Position numbers and translations under genes: made by a program. From Naegleria gruberi (lineage: Eukaryota), in NCBI GenBank assembly GCA_000004985.1, contig GG739282.1: a DNA stretch of 2,199 bases; one strand, written 5' to 3'. Within the stretch, counting starts at the first letter, position 1, and every line of letters begins with the position of its first letter. The notes beneath the pieces are model-generated. The model was not told where the DNA came from. It did no database searches and saw nothing but the letters and a program-made list of their open reading frames with translations. Shown here in pieces: positions 1 through 2,199 of the stretch.

Positions 1-350
1 AGGCAATAAAAGACACACATTATCAGTCATTGTAATAACAAATGCTCAACCTTTTGTTATAATATGTGAAATCTGTTGACAGAACAAAATGAAATACAAA
101 AAGTCTACTAATAAAGAGTTCTTACCAAGAAATCACCGAAAAACTCATGTAAAATGAAGAATGGAAAATCATTTTTAAGGGGTAAATAAATGTAATCTGA
201 CAGATAAATGAATTTGCGAGGAATTATGATGAAAAGGATGTAGTGAGAATGGGATTTGATAAAGACAGGATGTGTAAAAAACATGAGGAGGAGTATGATG
301 ATGAATAAAAGGGAAATGATTTTTCTAACATAGATAAATATAATTTTTGT

Positions 351-351
351 T

Positions 352-385
<34 letters not shown>

Positions 386-1613
386 CCCAATAATTTATCA
401 AAAAAATAAAATACAAAAAATCAATTCTCCTATAACAACAAAATAAATTGTGAAAATGTACAAAAATTATATTCAAACTCGAATTTAGATCGAGAAACAC
501 ACTAAACCACCAAACGGTACTACTAAGATAATTCTTGGTTGCATTGTAATTGCATGAAATTTTTGTAATCAATTCGAATGCCTTCTTGACATTGTCAGCT
601 CCAGCAATTTCTCCAATATCAATGGCTGCAATTGTATTATTAGCATCAAGTTTCTGGTCAGAATCGCACTCAACTCTCACCAATGAATTATCATTCCATT
701 CAATTTTCCATTCTCCAATTAAGATCCCTGTGTGAACAACTCCATAATTATTTACATTAAGAATGTCTGCGAATGTAGCCATTGCCTTCTTGGTTAATTC
801 GTGTTTTCTTAAAGATGAAACCAACAACTTGACGCTCACAACTGCTGGAATATTGGAAACAATTCTTGAATTTTTCTTCATTGTAGGACGAACAAAGTGA
901 AAATGCATGAATCTGTCTTCACAGACATATCTTTGAGCTTCCAAATCTAAACTTTCACTATATCCAAGCTTCTCTGGTGTAGTGTTGAATTCTTTAAGGT
1001 ATGCTCTAATCTTTTTCTTGGCTAGCTCAACTCCTTTAAATTCGGCTTGTGATAATCTCCAGCTTTCTATTGGAATTTGAACATCATATTCTTGATTTTC
1101 ATTCTCTACACCAGAAGATTCAGAGTTAACATATGGCCTAGTACTATTATTACATAACTTTAGGAAAGTACTTGTAGTGGTTGGATTATTGGAATGCACT
1201 TCACTTTCAGATTCGCTATTTGATGAAACACTTTTGTCTTCTTTCATGAAGAATAACTTTCTCTCATCCTCAAACTTTGCAATCACAACTTGATAAACAA
1301 AGAACTTGGATTCTCCTTCATCATTTACATACTTATTCACAACATCGATCAATCTTTCCTTCTCCACTTCAATCTCTTCCTTTGTTTTCATTTTACAAAG
1401 TTTATCATAATCTGCTCCATTAAATTTGGCATTCTTCTCCAGAGCTTGTTTTACTTTCTCACTTTCGAATTTGTAATGTTTACACAAAACAACTAGTTCG
1501 AGATTTGTTAATTTGTGGAGAGGTTTTTGGAGAAGTTTTTTAATGTCAATTACCGATGGTGTGCTACATATTCTGCTTGGTGGAGGTGCAATACTGGAAG
1601 AAAACTGTCCCAT
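351..1613 (-). CDS. Single long ORF encoding a 420-aa protein. It has an N-terminal myristoylation motif (MGQFSSS), a ~250-aa region of unknown function, and a C-terminal putative permuted-papain-fold (PPPDE/DeSI- or LRAT-like) thiol peptidase/acyltransferase domain. The 3' boundary is uncertain because the ORF reads through a microsatellite.
   Basis: Only long ORF in six frames (1263 nt in ~70% AT DNA, where random ORFs are short). Coherent codon bias: GGA, AGA, CCA, GAA/GAT, AAG/AAA. ATG is preceded by A8 (plus 1614-1621), i.e. aaaaaaaaATG. Protein-like composition with recognisable motifs: His294 'VVHTGILIGEW' and Cys354 'ISCNYN'. Antisense ORFs 550..735 and 1290..1496 are short and low-complexity. 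Confidence 0.75.
355..382. repeat. (AT)14 dinucleotide microsatellite (28 nt perfect).
   Basis: Read directly: 'atatatatatatatatatatatatatat' from 355 to 382. It overlaps the last 9 codons of the ORF (IYIYIYIY) and sits immediately before its stop (TGA = plus 351..353). Confidence 0.95.
459..851 (-). other. Putative permuted papain-fold catalytic domain (PPPDE/DeSI-DUF862-like, or more generally the LRAT/NlpC-P60 superfamily), residues ~255-385. Candidate catalytic His294 is at codon 732..734 and Cys354 at codon 552..554.
   Basis: Motif order and spacing recalled from PPPDE proteins. First beta-strand 'VSVKLLVSS' (cf. VYLNVYDL). 'GVVHTGILIGEWKIEW' (cf. GIWHTGIVV.. / FHSGIEVYGREF). 'AIDIGEIAGADNVKKAFELITK' (cf. 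VVLGSTDF.EDDIEKIVEELGK). 'ISCNYNATKNY' (cf. KNCNHFSSAL). 'TVWWFSVF' (cf. IPRWINRLAYF). The His-to-Cys distance is 60 aa. Judged by eye, not by alignment software. Confidence 0.45.
1086..1232 (-). other. Ser/Glu/Asn-rich acidic low-complexity linker (residues ~128-176: SVSSNSESESEVHSNNPTTTST...NSESSGVENENQEYD). It is predicted disordered and has multiple S-x-x-E/D (CK2-type) phospho-acceptor contexts.
   Basis: Read directly from the translation. The compositional bias sits between the helical N-terminal region and the catalytic domain. Confidence 0.5.
1593..1610 (-). other. N-myristoylation consensus at the protein N-terminus (M-G-Q-F-S-S-S: Gly2 and Ser6).
   Basis: Matches the N-myristoyltransferase substrate rule G-x-x-x-S/T at positions 2-6, with small residues following. 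This is a sequence motif only. Confidence 0.5.
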
Positions 1614-1752
1614 TTTTTTTTAATATTTGACTTGTAATCAAGGTTTCTAATTAGTTTTATTGGGAATGAGAAAGACGAAACGTGATTTCACAAATCTAAA
1701 ATAGAAGCGTTTGCATGCTTTTAGTTTAATCGTGATTGTTGTGAGGAAACAA

Positions 1753-1769
1753 TGTATTCTATGAATACA
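1753..1769. promoter_or_regulatory. 17-bp palindrome TGTATTC-tat-GAATACA (7-bp inverted arms, 3-nt spacer). It lies 140-156 bp upstream of the minus-strand ATG and is a candidate dimeric transcription-factor site.
   Basis: Read directly: 1753-1759 'tgtattc', 1760-1762 'tat', 1763-1769 'gaataca'. The arms are exact reverse complements. The position is promoter-proximal for the 351..1613 gene. Confidence 0.25.
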
Positions 1770-1891
1770 CAGAATTAATATGCATTGAAAAGATGTCCAA
1801 ATGAGATCAATTTCAAAGTAATGAATGACAAATACCTTTCTAAAGAATGAAGAAATTTTACAAAGTTTAATATTTCCAAATATCAATAGAA

Positions 1892-1900
1892 ATATATAAA
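1892..1900. promoter_or_regulatory. TATA-like element 'atatataaa', ~280 bp upstream of the minus-strand ATG. Nearly symmetric, so its orientation is ambiguous.
   Basis: Read directly. AT-rich DNA produces such strings by chance, so this is weak. Confidence 0.12.
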
Positions 1901-2199
1901 TTAATAGTTGAATGGCATGTCGAATGTAACCAAGCTTCTTACAGTTGAATCAGTAGTTGGTAGATAGAAACTCACACTCATATCAGATTTGAGAATGAAT
2001 CAATTTTTTGATGATAGCAACAAAATTCTGAATTCTTTCACTATTGTTTTCTATTCTGTCATCCTACGACCAGGTATCAGCTGTGAAATAACCAGAACAT
2101 ATTATGTTTTATTCCGATCAAAAGCTTTCCACTACAATAATTCATCAATATTATCATCATTTCATAAATATTTAATATTCTATTTTCCACCGTAGCTAA

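Noticed and set aside
5-310. AATAAA hexamers on the plus strand (5-10, 110-115, 187-192, 305-310) as poly(A) signals
   Set aside because: They are on the wrong strand for the annotated gene and are frequent by chance at ~70% AT. They are mentioned only as a possible hint of a convergent upstream gene.
280-333. Mini-ORF ATGAGGAGGAGTATGATGATGAATAAAAGGGAAATGATTTTTCTAACATAG on the plus strand (MRRSMMMNKREMIFLT*)
   Set aside because: 17 codons. It arises from the purine-rich GAG/GAT word repeats and is more likely UTR or regulatory sequence than a micropeptide.
550-735. 61-aa plus-strand ORF (MHEIFVINSNAFLTLSAPAISPISMAAIVLLASS...)
   Set aside because: Lies fully antisense to the well-supported minus-strand CDS over its best-conserved catalytic region. 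Low-complexity composition. It is a typical shadow ORF.
1290-1496. 68-aa plus-strand ORF antisense to the CDS
   Set aside because: Antisense shadow ORF inside the long gene. Phe/Ile/Leu-rich junk translation of AT-rich DNA with no start context.
1647-1886. 79-aa minus-strand ORF in the 5' flank
   Set aside because: Hydrophobic low-complexity translation (FFRKVFVIHYFEIDLIW...) typical of AT-rich non-coding DNA. There is no codon bias like the main gene, and it would sit in the main gene's promoter.
1989-2195. 68-aa plus-strand ORF at the window edge (MRMNQFFDDSNKILNSF...)
   Set aside because: Short, with no recognisable motif. Its composition is consistent with chance in AT-rich sequence. 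It cannot be excluded as a first exon of a divergent gene, but there is no support.
1-2199. Prokaryotic interpretation (operon, RBS, rho-independent terminators, CRISPR, IS elements)
   Set aside because: There is no Shine-Dalgarno sequence before the ATG, which is preceded by an A8 run instead. There are no GC-rich hairpin terminators, no direct-repeat/spacer periodicity and no terminal inverted repeats. The overall composition and the microsatellite point to a eukaryotic nuclear genome.

Overview
This is AT-rich (~30% GC) DNA that looks eukaryotic. It has an (AT)14 microsatellite, no Shine-Dalgarno-type signals, and an A-run directly before the only long ORF's start codon. The codon usage (GGA Gly, AGA Arg, CCA Pro, AAA/AAG Lys) and the 'aaaaATG' start context resemble a Caenorhabditis-type nematode, but that assignment is an inference from composition.

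The window is dominated by one minus-strand gene (351..1613, 420 codons, uninterrupted in this window). Its protein starts MGQFSSS, a good N-myristoylation consensus. A ~250-aa N-terminal region follows that I cannot assign to a known family. It contains a helical, charged segment and a Ser/Glu-rich acidic linker. The C-terminal ~130 aa reads as a permuted-papain-fold domain of the PPPDE/DeSI (DUF862) or LRAT/NlpC-P60 type. The supporting motifs are an H-box-like 'GVVHTGILIGEW' (His294), a 'KISCNYN' cysteine motif (Cys354) 60 residues later, and an intervening 'AIDIGEI..ADNVKKAFELI' block resembling the PPPDE 'LGxT..E.IEKIVEEL' region. This similarity is judged by eye from memory of those families; no search could be run.

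The last ~40 codons of the ORF are hydrophobic and low-complexity, and they read straight through the TA microsatellite before reaching a stop. The true 3' end therefore may be a short intron, a C-terminal membrane anchor, or simple read-through; this is uncertain.

The 5' flank of the gene (1614..2199) carries a 17-bp perfect-arm palindrome 140 bp upstream of the ATG and a TATA-like element. The 3' flank (1..350) is strongly C-depleted and purine-rich on the + strand. It contains no AATAAA on the gene strand, so the transcript probably ends outside the window. I see no RNA genes, CRISPR arrays or transposon termini.
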